The translations under genes and the position numbers were made by a program. Below the pieces are notes generated by a model. That model did not search any database, had not been told where the DNA came from, and saw nothing but the letters and a program-made list of their open reading frames with translations. From a virus, in IMG/VR virus record IMGVR_UViG_3300027804_000046, positions 32,001-96,000 of that record: a DNA stretch of 64,000 nt; one strand, 5' to 3'. Below, in pieces: positions 1 through 8,942 of the stretch. Each line of letters starts with the position of its first letter. Position 1 is the first letter of the stretch.

Positions 1-389
1 GCGAAGGAACTGTTCTTTACGGCGACAAGACAATGTTGAGTAAACCATCAGCATTTGATCGTATCAACGTTCGCCGTCTCTTCATTGTTCTCGAAAAGGC
101 AATTGCCCGTGCTGCTAAGTACAGCTTGTTTGAGTTCAACGATGAGTTTACACGCGCACAGTTTGTTGCTCTAATTGAACCATACCTACGCGATGTACAG
201 GGTCGTCGTGGTATCTTTGACTTCCGTGTAGTTTGCGACGAAACAAACAATACTCCTGAAGTAATCGACCGTAACGAATTTGTTGGCGACATTTACATCA
301 AGCCAGCTAGAAGCATCAACTTTATCCAGTTGAACTTTATAGCTGTAAGAACTGGTGTAGCCTTCGAAGAAGTTGTTGGCCGCTTCTAA
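1..389 (+). CDS. gp18: Tail sheath protein, C-terminal part (5' end outside window)
   Basis: The frame is open from the window edge (EGTVLYGDKT...). Typical gp18 C-terminus FDRINVRRLF...FEFND..TR...VVCDETNNTP.VIDRNEF...IKPARSINFI.LNF; lies upstream of gp19. Confidence 0.95.
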   Translation, partial: EGTVLYGDKTMLSKPSAFDRINVRRLFIVLEKAIARAAKYSLFEFNDEFTRAQFVALIEPYLRDVQGRRGIFDFRVVCDETNNTPEVIDRNEFVGDIYIKPARSINFIQLNFIAVRTGVAFEEVVGRF

Positions 390-429
390 TCATTGATGCA
401 TAATAAATATTCAAAAGGAGTAAATTAAA

Positions 430-1032
430 ATGGCTTCATTTAACGTACAAGAATTCAGATCACAGATGACAGGTGACGGCGCCCGCCCAAACCTGTTCAA
501 CTGCGAACTACCTTTTCTTGGCAATCTTCTCGGCACAGCAGGTATTAAGTATAACTTCATGTGTCGCGCCGCTCAGTTGCCTGGTTCCACTGTGAACCAG
601 GTACCCGTAAATTATTTTGGTCGTGAACTAAAGTTTGCTGGTAATCGTACATTTACCGAATGGACAGTAACCATCATCAATGACGAAGACTTTGTAATTC
701 GCAATGCCTTCGAACTTTGGATGAGCAGACTTAATTCACACGTTGCCAATCTTCGTTCTGCTAACTATGTAAGCCCATCACAGTATCAGCAAGATGGTCT
801 AGTAACGCAGTTTGGTAAAGCAGATGAAATCCTAAAGGTATATAAGTTTGTTGGTATGTTCCCAATTGATGTTTCACCAATCGAACTAGATTGGGGTGCA
901 AATGATACAATCGAAGAATATGCTGTAACATTTGCTTATCAGTGGTGGGAGTCTGATACAACAGATAGTAATCTATCTAATGGTTCTCCTGGCATTCAAC
1001 CTCGCAGAAGCAATCCTGTAGGTTCTGCTTAA
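430..1032 (+). CDS. gp19: Tail tube protein
   Basis: GARPNLF, CRAAQLPGST, GRELKFAGNRTF.EWTVT, IEEY.VTFAYQWW motifs; AAGGAG RBS; synteny. Confidence 0.95.
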   Translation: MASFNVQEFRSQMTGDGARPNLFNCELPFLGNLLGTAGIKYNFMCRAAQLPGSTVNQVPVNYFGRELKFAGNRTFTEWTVTIINDEDFVIRNAFELWMSRLNSHVANLRSANYVSPSQYQQDGLVTQFGKADEILKVYKFVGMFPIDVSPIELDWGANDTIEEYAVTFAYQWWESDTTDSNLSNGSPGIQPRRSNPVGSA

Positions 1033-1043
1033 TATATAAGAAG

Positions 1044-1072
1044 AGGGGAGAGTTTTTCTCTCCCCTTATCTT
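1044..1072 (+). terminator. Hairpin, probable intrinsic terminator or processing stem after gp19
   Basis: AGGGGAGAG-TTTTT-CTCTCCCCT inverted repeat followed by TATCTT. Confidence 0.55.
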
Positions 1073-1084
1073 CATTGGAGGTAA

Positions 1085-2851
1085 TTGGTGGTACAACTTT
1101 TTGGCTTTGAAATTTCACGTAAAAAAACGAAGCAAGACAATGCTTCTCCAGACGAAACTAATAAAACATTCGCATTACCGCAGAATGACGATGGTGCTGT
1201 AACCATTCAATCAGGTGCTTATTATGGCACCTATGTTGATTTGGACGGTGTAGTCAGAAACGAAATTGAGCTTATTACACGTTATCGTGAAATGTCAATG
1301 CAACCAGAATTGGAAACGGCCATTGATGAAATTGTCAATGAGGCCATTGTTAACACAGCTAAAGATAAAGCTGTGGAAATTAACATGGATGATTTGAAGC
1401 AGCCAGAATCGGTAAAGAAAAAGATTAGAGATGAGTTTGATACTGCTCTAAAGCTGTTAAACTTTGGTAATATGGGTCATGAAACATTCCGTCGTTGGTA
1501 TGTTGACGGTCGCATGTTCTACCATGTTATCATAGATGAAAAGAGATCAGCCGAAGGCATTTTAGAACTCAGGTATATTGATCCTCGTCGTATTCGTAAG
1601 ATCCGCGAAATTCAAAAGACAAAAGATCCTCGTACAACTATTGACGTTATTAGTAAGATTAATGAATACTATCTTTACAATGAACGTGGTATTATTGGCG
1701 CACATTCTAACTTGGGCGCAAAGATTGCCGTAGATGCAATCATTAATGTCAATTCAGGTCTAATGGATAGCAAGAGAGCGATGGTTCTCTCGTATCTGCA
1801 TAAGGCCATCAAACCGCTAAACAACTTGAGAATGATTGAAGATGCGACAGTAATCTATCGTCTCTCTCGCGCGCCCGAGCGCCGCATTTTCTATATCGAT
1901 GTTGGTAACATGCCAACAATCAAGGCTGAACAATATCTAAAAGATATCATGACCAAGTATCGTAACAAGTTAGTTTACGACAGCACGACTGGTGAAATCA
2001 AAGATGACCGTAAGCATCTTTCCATGCTAGAAGATTTCTGGCTTCCTCGTCGTGAAGGCGGTAAAGGCACAGAAATCACAACTCTTCCTGGCGGCCAGAA
2101 TCTTGGCGAATTGGAAGATGTAAAGTATTTTGAACGCAAGTTGTACAAAGCACTTGGTGTTCCTATTGGTCGCTTAGAACAGCAACCAGGTGGCGGCATT
2201 CTAGGTCGCTCAACAGAAATTACTAGAGAAGAACTAAAGTTTTCAAAGTTCATTGACAGACTACGCAATAAGTTTGCTACGCTATTTGATGACATTCTTC
2301 GTGTTCAATTGGTACTCAAGAAAGTTTGTACCGAAGAAGAATGGAAAGAGTTCAAAGAAGATATCTACTATGACTTCAAGAAGGATAACAACTTTGATGA
2401 GTTGAAAGAATCGGAACTTCTTATGAACCGTATTGCCACTCTACAGGCAGTTGATCCATATGTTGGTCGTTATTATTCTATGCAGTGGGTTCGTAAGAAT
2501 ATTCTTATGTTGAATGATGAAGACATTGAAGAAATCAATACTCAGATTGAAGAAGAAAAAGCTGCGGCAACGCCTACAGACGAAAATGGAAATCCAATAC
2601 CAACAGACGACCAAGGTAATCCATTGCAACCTGAAATGCCTGCTGCACCTACTCCAAATATTGTTCCGCCGACTCCACAAGAGGCAATGATGCAGCAATA
2701 TATGGCACAGCAGGGTGTACCGCAAGAACAAATGCCAGTACAAGACGGCACAGGTAAAGATGAAATGGATCCACTAGATATGGGAATGGATGCCGACCGT
2801 GAGCGCAATCGTCGTAGATTTGTCAATGATACTTTGGAGCCAGCCCGTTGA
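1085..2851 (+). CDS. gp20: Portal vertex protein
   Basis: LSYLHKAIK..N.LRMIEDA.VIYRLSRAPERRIFYIDVGN and MLEDFWLPRREGGKGTEITTLPGGQNLGE motifs; Pro/Gln-rich acidic tail. Confidence 0.97.
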   Translation: MVVQLFGFEISRKKTKQDNASPDETNKTFALPQNDDGAVTIQSGAYYGTYVDLDGVVRNEIELITRYREMSMQPELETAIDEIVNEAIVNTAKDKAVEINMDDLKQPESVKKKIRDEFDTALKLLNFGNMGHETFRRWYVDGRMFYHVIIDEKRSAEGILELRYIDPRRIRKIREIQKTKDPRTTIDVISKINEYYLYNERGIIGAHSNLGAKIAVDAIINVNSGLMDSKRAMVLSYLHKAIKPLNNLRMIEDATVIYRLSRAPERRIFYIDVGNMPTIKAEQYLKDIMTKYRNKLVYDSTTGEIKDDRKHLSMLEDFWLPRREGGKGTEITTLPGGQNLGELEDVKYFERKLYKALGVPIGRLEQQPGGGILGRSTEITREELKFSKFIDRLRNKFATLFDDILRVQLVLKKVCTEEEWKEFKEDIYYDFKKDNNFDELKESELLMNRIATLQAVDPYVGRYYSMQWVRKNILMLNDEDIEEINTQIEEEKAAATPTDENGNPIPTDDQGNPLQPEMPAAPTPNIVPPTPQEAMMQQYMAQQGVPQEQMPVQDGTGKDEMDPLDMGMDADRERNRRRFVNDTLEPAR

Positions 2852-3771
2852 AGAGATTTAACGAATACTTAGAAGAAAGTTTAGCCGCAGAGGTTAAATC
2901 AGAACCTAAGACAGCCGCTTCAATGGAAGCCAGAAAACTTGGCTTGACTTATATGGGATTTGGTCGTTATGCAAATAGCAAGGGAGAAGTTGCTTACGTT
3001 GTAGATAATGACAGACTAGTTCCTTATAAAAGTCGTATAGAAGTTCAAGCCTCGTATTCCAAATCTCTATCACCTTCTCAGGGATTTGCAACTTTTGGCG
3101 CGCCGAAGAAAAAAGACGAAACTAGTTTTTACGCTAAGACTTTAAATGGTCGTGAAAAGGAAGACAAGAAGATTACTTCTACCAAAGAAAAAGAAGCGTT
3201 AAAAGTAAATAAAGAACTTTACAACTTTTACAACGCTGGAATGTTTGATGACAATGAACTGAGTGCTATAGGTTATTATACTGCTGACGGGTATGAATAC
3301 ATCAACAGATTTTTGTATATGGGTCACGAACCAGATATGTCAGATGATGAAGCGAGTCAATTGGAAAACTATGTAGATAACATAGACTCAGCCTTTGAGA
3401 ACACAGAAGCACCATTTGACTATACGGTTTACACAGGTCTGAGCGAAAGATATAGGCCAGAGAAAATAAAACCTGGCTCAGATTATATCTTTAGAGGATA
3501 TATTTCTACATCTCTAAGTTATGATGTTGCTATAAGCAGTTTTACAGAAGGTAATGATGCACCTGTAGTATTGCAGATAGAGGTTAAAAAGGGACAGAGA
3601 TCAATTTATACCGATGCAATTTCATCAAATCCTGGTGAATTAGAAACATTATTACCAAGAGGTTCAAGAGTAAAAGTTATTTCAGGACCCCATCAATTAG
3701 ATGTCACTGTTGTTAGCAATAAAGTCTATGGAATAATCAATTTATTCCACTGCGAGTTAATAGAAGAATAA
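2848..3771 (+). CDS. ADP-ribosyltransferase (VIP2/Alt-like fold) with N-terminal capsid-targeting-like peptide
   Basis: YT.DGY..INRFL, VYTG (normally VYRG), GYISTSLS and ELE.LLPRG motifs. The N-terminus MKRFNEYLEE resembles T4 internal-protein capsid targeting sequences. Confidence 0.75.
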   Translation: MKRFNEYLEESLAAEVKSEPKTAASMEARKLGLTYMGFGRYANSKGEVAYVVDNDRLVPYKSRIEVQASYSKSLSPSQGFATFGAPKKKDETSFYAKTLNGREKEDKKITSTKEKEALKVNKELYNFYNAGMFDDNELSAIGYYTADGYEYINRFLYMGHEPDMSDDEASQLENYVDNIDSAFENTEAPFDYTVYTGLSERYRPEKIKPGSDYIFRGYISTSLSYDVAISSFTEGNDAPVVLQIEVKKGQRSIYTDAISSNPGELETLLPRGSRVKVISGPHQLDVTVVSNKVYGIINLFHCELIEE

Positions 3772-3800
3772 ATATAAGAACTGGTTAGGAGTCAAACAAA

Positions 3801-3956
3801 ATGTCAGTAAACAAAGCATTAGATAGTGTTCTAGCAAATAACCTAGACGAAATGCGTAATCATTTTTCCAACGCTCTTTCTACAAAGGCTGTAGAGAAGT
3901 TGGAAGAACGCAAGTCTGTTATTGCTCAGAACTACTTTGGTAAGACAAAGGAATAA
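3801..3956 (+). CDS. Small prohead core protein (gp67-like), 51 aa, not in ORF track
   Basis: My translation is MSVNKALDSVLANNLDEMRNHFSNALSTKAVEKLEERKSVIAQNYFGKTKE; AGGAG RBS; position between portal and gp68/gp21. Confidence 0.65.
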   Translation: MSVNKALDSVLANNLDEMRNHFSNALSTKAVEKLEERKSVIAQNYFGKTKE

Positions 3957-3962
3957 TACATC

Positions 3963-5804
3963 ATGAAAAGCATCAAAGACCTAAGAGAACAATACAATCT
4001 CATTACGGAAAAAGAAGAAGCGGAAACTAAAAAGTTAGCCGCTCTTGTTCGTGCTGGTCTGTTTGATGCTAAGAAATTAACTTCACTAAAACGCGCTCTT
4101 GATAAGCCAGTCGATAAGATGACTGCACAGGAAAAGCGTATGCTTCTCAACTTGCTTGATGCTCTTATGTCTGAGGTTCTTTCTAATCAACCTGTTTATC
4201 AGAAAGTTAAGCAGAATGTGATGAAGGAATCTGTTGTAGTTGACACAAAAGATTATCTCACAAAGATGGATCCTAGAGTCAAGAGATATGGTTACTCTCA
4301 AAAAGAAACACCATCTGTTCTTCTATTGAAGCGTAAGGCTATTCGTGTATTTCCTGATGGTCAAAAAGTTGCATTGTATTATGCACAGGCTATCGACAAG
4401 TATGTTTCTATTCCATTCAGCGAGATTGGAATTAATGAAACTTGGTTAGGCGATATCGTTAGAGGTGTTGTGAGAAACGTTGTTGGTGGTAATGATTCTA
4501 ATTCATCTGCTAAGAAAGATGAAGATGAAATTTCAAAAGAGTTGAAGCCACTGGAAAGAGAAAAAGCCAAGTTAAACGTTTCTTCGGATCTTAAAGATAA
4601 GCCATACACAACTGGCGTCGAAGCAAGAAGACAGAAGTATGAACGCGATGCAAACATGGCTATGGCCAAAGGTGTGAGAGAAAGCTTTAGAAGCAATCTT
4701 CAAACTTTGAATGAAGATGATATTGATTCTTGGGAAAGTAGAGTGTTTGGTATTACAGGACACCAGTTTACTCCATATGGAGGTGGTGCTTTTGGTGGCG
4801 CAGTTAGAGTAAAACCTTTAGGTGGAAGCGCAGCTACAGCAACAAAAATTAAACCATCTGGTCCACCAAAAAGATTTGTTCCAAAAAGAAAAGATCCTGC
4901 GGAAACTCCAGATAGACGAAGAAGAGATGATGGTCCTTCTCCAAGAGGTCCAGGCAGATACGAACCATCTCCAAGAAAGCCTTCTGGTCCGCCAACAAGA
5001 AAGCCAGTTGAGCAACCAAAACCTCAGAAGCCAGTAGAACAACCAAAACCTGTTGAACAGCCAAAACCATCTCGTTTTAATCCTCCAGAAGTTAAACCTG
5101 ATGTTAAACAACCTTTAAAACCAACTACACCGGCAAATGTGCCTGAAATAAAGCCCGATAAAAAAACTTCTCCTAATAGAGAAGCGCCTGCATATAAACC
5201 AAAACCAGCTGCCAGACCTGAGTTTCCTGGAAAGTTGCCTGCTGCAAAACCAGGTAATAAACCAGATGTTGCTCCAACTCAAGAACCATCTTCACAACCT
5301 TCTCCTTTAAAGAAACCTGAAAATCAACCTTGGAAAGATGCTGAAAAGTGGGCAAAGACACAAGATCAACCAGCAAATAAACCTGCTAAGAATGAAAAAG
5401 ATGCAAAAAAGCGTGAATCAAAAGATACAAAGCCGCCAAAACCACCAAGAAAGCCGTTTAAGTTGCCAGCGTTAGCTGTTGATGTAGGTGCTAAAGAATT
5501 AACATCTTTGACGCCAGGTCTAAAGCTGGCTATATCTGGTCCGAAAAGAGAAGGTGATGCAGATGCAATACGTTCTAGATTGGCTTCTTATGAACGTAGA
5601 GCATGGCAAGCCCAGGCTGCTATGACAGAATCCGTTGAGATTAATCTGAATGGAAACCGATTTGTGCTAAATAATGAAGAAGCAAATAAAGTTATTTCGC
5701 TCTATGAGTCCCTTAATACCAAGAACAAGCAAAAGATGATTAAGATGATGAATGAGAGCGAAGAACAGTTAAACAAGATAGTATCATTCGCAGTAAGGCA
5801 GTAG
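3963..5804 (+). CDS. Large head-associated protein with Pro/Lys-rich low-complexity centre
   Basis: 613 aa ORF inside the head cluster. Several hydrophobic-X-E motifs resemble gp21 cleavage sites; KPVEQPKP repeats. Confidence 0.6.
   Translation: MKSIKDLREQYNLITEKEEAETKKLAALVRAGLFDAKKLTSLKRALDKPVDKMTAQEKRMLLNLLDALMSEVLSNQPVYQKVKQNVMKESVVVDTKDYLTKMDPRVKRYGYSQKETPSVLLLKRKAIRVFPDGQKVALYYAQAIDKYVSIPFSEIGINETWLGDIVRGVVRNVVGGNDSNSSAKKDEDEISKELKPLEREKAKLNVSSDLKDKPYTTGVEARRQKYERDANMAMAKGVRESFRSNLQTLNEDDIDSWESRVFGITGHQFTPYGGGAFGGAVRVKPLGGSAATATKIKPSGPPKRFVPKRKDPAETPDRRRRDDGPSPRGPGRYEPSPRKPSGPPTRKPVEQPKPQKPVEQPKPVEQPKPSRFNPPEVKPDVKQPLKPTTPANVPEIKPDKKTSPNREAPAYKPKPAARPEFPGKLPAAKPGNKPDVAPTQEPSSQPSPLKKPENQPWKDAEKWAKTQDQPANKPAKNEKDAKKRESKDTKPPKPPRKPFKLPALAVDVGAKELTSLTPGLKLAISGPKREGDADAIRSRLASYERRAWQAQAAMTESVEINLNGNRFVLNNEEANKVISLYESLNTKNKQKMIKMMNESEEQLNKIVSFAVRQ
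5002..5069 (+). repeat. Imperfect coding tandem repeat (KPVEQPKP x3)
   Basis: AAGCCAGTTGAGCAACCAAAACCT / AAGCCAGTAGAACAACCAAAACCT / GTTGAACAGCCAAAACCA. Confidence 0.7.
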
Positions 5805-5805
5805 T

Positions 5806-6309
5806 ATGGCAAACGTATTAAAAGGTCAAAGAATTATTGATGGAAATAAAAGGTCACTAATCAAGTATGTGTTCCTTTCTGATGGCACCGCTGTGGCCAA
5901 TTCTACTCTCGTAGATGTATCTTCACTTGCATTTGCGTTGAATACGAATGGTTACATCATGTCATCCAATGTCGATCCAAAGTCAAGCTACAGAACAACA
6001 ATCAAGCGCATCTTTGGTAATGCAAAGGTCAACAGTTATATCACTATACAGTGGGCAGGCACATCAAATGCTGAAATCGTAACCATTGGTTCAGGTTCAT
6101 TTGATTATGACTTCCAAAGCATGGGTGATGGTGCAATCATTCCTATGGAAAGCGATGCAACAACTGGCGACATTCTATTGTCAATCAATAACAATAAGAA
6201 CAATGATGCCTTTACATTGTTCATCGATCTAAGAAAGAACAACGAAGACTTTGATGCTGGTCAGACCGCAGATCCATATGCATTCAATAAGAAGGGTCCG
6301 TTTCCATGA
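5806..6309 (+). CDS. Conserved-type hypothetical virion protein
   Basis: 167 aa beta-rich ORF within the head gene cluster, tightly coupled to its neighbours. Confidence 0.6.
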   Translation: MANVLKGQRIIDGNKRSLIKYVFLSDGTAVANSTLVDVSSLAFALNTNGYIMSSNVDPKSSYRTTIKRIFGNAKVNSYITIQWAGTSNAEIVTIGSGSFDYDFQSMGDGAIIPMESDATTGDILLSINNNKNNDAFTLFIDLRKNNEDFDAGQTADPYAFNKKGPFP

Positions 6310-6935
6310 TTAAGTTAGTCAATTCAATTGTAAATAGAGATTTCGTTTCTGCTGATTCTATTCTTGAAGAAACAGTTGAATTGATTATGGCTAAAAAGTT
6401 GGAAGAAGCCAAGAAGATGACTGCCGCTAAGATGACCGAGCAAGGTCTAGATAAGCCATCTTGGAATTTACAGCAAAGAGGTCTAGTCGAAGATGATGTA
6501 GAAAGCGGCGAAGAAAGTTCTATGGCTCGTTCGGAATTGAATGCCATTACAAAAGATGCTAAAAACATCATATCAAAAATTAAAGGCAACAAAGAACTAG
6601 AAGCCTGGACTCAATCAAAGATTACAAAAGCCGCAGACTATCTAAACTCTGTTGCTGATTATATGAGCGAAGAAGAAAAAGAAAAACTAGACGAAGCCCG
6701 TATCAAGATTATCAAGGCTCGTATTCGTGGCGGCAAAATCCAGCGCCGCAAGAAAGTATCTAATGTTGCTGGCATGACTTTGCGTGGTGGTAAGTTACAG
6801 CGTATGTCTCCTGCTGAACGCCGTCGTAGAAAGATGGGTGCCAGAAGAGCAAAGATTAAGCGTAAGTCTAAAATGAACCGCGCATTGATGAAGCGCCAGA
6901 GATCACTAAGAAAGAGGAAGGCTTTAGGGCTATGA
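6306..6935 (+). CDS. gp68: Prohead core protein (gp68-like basic C-terminus)
   Basis: Very basic C-terminus RIRGGKIQRRKK...RMSPAERRRRKMGARRAKIKRK...RSLRKRKALGL; directly upstream of gp21. Confidence 0.7.
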   Translation: MIKLVNSIVNRDFVSADSILEETVELIMAKKLEEAKKMTAAKMTEQGLDKPSWNLQQRGLVEDDVESGEESSMARSELNAITKDAKNIISKIKGNKELEAWTQSKITKAADYLNSVADYMSEEEKEKLDEARIKIIKARIRGGKIQRRKKVSNVAGMTLRGGKLQRMSPAERRRRKMGARRAKIKRKSKMNRALMKRQRSLRKRKALGL

Positions 6936-7582
6936 AACTCATTAAAGAAGAAGTAAGTCACGTTAATTTTTTAACGGAAATGAACGAAAAGACTGGTCAG
7001 AAAGAGATGTTCATCGAAGGCATCTTCATGCAAGCCGAAACAAAGAATCGCAACGGTCGTGTATATCCATTTGACGTTCTAAACAAGGAAGTAGAGCGTT
7101 ATAATAGAGAATATGTAAACAAGAACCGTGCGTTTGGTGAGTTAGGTCATCCTGATTCTCCAACTATTAATTTGGATCGTGTATCACACATGATTACCAA
7201 GCTCTATCCAGATGGCAATAATATCATGGGTAAAGCAAAGATTATGGATACTCCTAACGGAAAGATTGTGAAGAGTTTACTAGACGGCGGTGCTAGTTTG
7301 GGTGTGTCAACCAGAGGCGTAGGGTCTCTAAAGCCACACAACGGATATCAACTTGTTCAGGACGATTTTCATTTGGCTACAGCGGCCGATATCGTTGCTG
7401 ATCCATCTGCTCCAAATGCTTTTGTACAAGGCATTATGGAAAACGCAGAGTGGGTTCTAACGGACACAGGTTGGAAAGAAGTGCAATTTGAGATGGCTAA
7501 AAAGCAAATCAAAGAAGCATCTAAAAATGAAATTGAGGCAGTAGCACTACGTCTCTTTGAAAACTTTATCTCTAAACTTTAA
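6932..7582 (+). CDS. gp21: Prohead protease
   Basis: IEGIFMQAE.KNRNGRVYP, GELGHP, LGVSTRG.GSL and DIVADPSAPNAFV motifs. Confidence 0.97.
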   Translation: MKLIKEEVSHVNFLTEMNEKTGQKEMFIEGIFMQAETKNRNGRVYPFDVLNKEVERYNREYVNKNRAFGELGHPDSPTINLDRVSHMITKLYPDGNNIMGKAKIMDTPNGKIVKSLLDGGASLGVSTRGVGSLKPHNGYQLVQDDFHLATAADIVADPSAPNAFVQGIMENAEWVLTDTGWKEVQFEMAKKQIKEASKNEIEAVALRLFENFISKL

Positions 7583-7587
7583 AGAAT

Positions 7588-7595
7588 TATAAATA
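7588..7595 (+). promoter_or_regulatory. T4-type late promoter
   Basis: Exact TATAAATA upstream of the gp22 RBS. Confidence 0.75.
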
Positions 7596-7618
7596 ATACG
7601 AAAAAGGAGTATTCTCAT

Positions 7619-8896
7619 ATGGGTAAGTCATTAACAGAAGTGGCAAAGTCAATCTTGATGAACGAATCTAATGATTCGGCACCAGATCGTGATGCCAAGT
7701 CTTCAAATCCAAACAAGGCCACTCTAAAGCCAGGTGGCGGCGCAAAGGGCGGCGTTGAGCCAAGTCCAATGAGCAATGACGCTACAATGGTTGCAGATGC
7801 ACCAAAGAAGCCAGGCGAAGGCGATAATGTCGGCGCCAAGGCTGCTACAATGAAGCAGGACACATCTCAGGCTTCACCTTCACGTAAGGGCGCAGTTCCA
7901 GCTATGCCCGCTCAGAAGGAAGTAATGGAAGAAGACCTAGAACTAGAAGATGAAGTTCTAGAGGAAGCCAAGCACGAAGAAAAGGAAGACGAAAAAGAAG
8001 AGAAAGAAGAAATGGATGAAAACGTCGAAATGACGGAAGAACTCCAAGCCTTCATCGACCAGATGATTGAAGAAGGCGCTTCCGAAGAAGAGATCGTTGC
8101 TGCAATCGAAGAAAACTTTGAATTTGTTTCAGAAGAAGCAGAAGAAGTTCCTTACTATGACTACGAAGTAGACATGAACGAACACGTAGAGGCTCTATTT
8201 GCTGGCGAAGACCTATCAGAGGAATTTAAGCAAAAGGCCGTAACAATTTTCGAGGCTGCTGTTAAAGCTAAGATGCAGTCTGAAATTGCTCGTCTAGAAG
8301 AAGCATATGCTGCTACTCTAGAAGAGGAAGTAAATACAATTAAGGAAGAGTTGTCATCTAATGTTGATGACTATCTAAACTATGTGGTTGAGCAGTGGGT
8401 GTCTGACAACGAAGTGGCTATCGAAGCCGGTCTTCGTACAGAACTAACAGAAGACTTCATTTCTGGCCTACGTCAGCTATTTGCTGAGAACTACATTGAT
8501 ATTCCAGAAGACAAGATTTCAGTTGTTGAAGAACTTGGTAACAAGGTTGAAGAACTTGAGTCCAAGCTAAATGAAGAAATTGAACGTAATGTTGAATTGA
8601 CAAAGGTTCTATCTGAGAGTTATAAGAACGAAGTTATGCACGCCATGACTGAAGGTCTAACAACAACTCAGGCTGAGAAGCTAAAGCAGCTTTCAGAGAA
8701 CGTTGAATTTGTAGATGCTTCTTCATATGCAAAGAAGATTCAGACATTGCGCGAAAGCTATTTCCCAACATCAGTAAATGCTCAGACCGAACTTGATACA
8801 ATTGTACCAGGTACAGAAGGTCAGACAATGATTTCTGAGGAAAATACACCAATGAACAAGTACGTTCGCGCACTTGGTAAATCACTTCCTAAGTAA
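7619..8896 (+). CDS. gp22: Prohead core scaffold protein
   Basis: Acidic coiled coil; LSEEFKQKA.TIFEAAV, VDDYLNYVVEQW and F..GLRQLF.ENYIDIPE motifs; between gp21 and gp23. Confidence 0.93.
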   Translation: MGKSLTEVAKSILMNESNDSAPDRDAKSSNPNKATLKPGGGAKGGVEPSPMSNDATMVADAPKKPGEGDNVGAKAATMKQDTSQASPSRKGAVPAMPAQKEVMEEDLELEDEVLEEAKHEEKEDEKEEKEEMDENVEMTEELQAFIDQMIEEGASEEEIVAAIEENFEFVSEEAEEVPYYDYEVDMNEHVEALFAGEDLSEEFKQKAVTIFEAAVKAKMQSEIARLEEAYAATLEEEVNTIKEELSSNVDDYLNYVVEQWVSDNEVAIEAGLRTELTEDFISGLRQLFAENYIDIPEDKISVVEELGNKVEELESKLNEEIERNVELTKVLSESYKNEVMHAMTEGLTTTQAEKLKQLSENVEFVDASSYAKKIQTLRESYFPTSVNAQTELDTIVPGTEGQTMISEENTPMNKYVRALGKSLPK

Positions 8897-8942
8897 TGGA
8901 AAACAATAAATAATACTAAGATATCTCAAAAGGAGAAATTAA

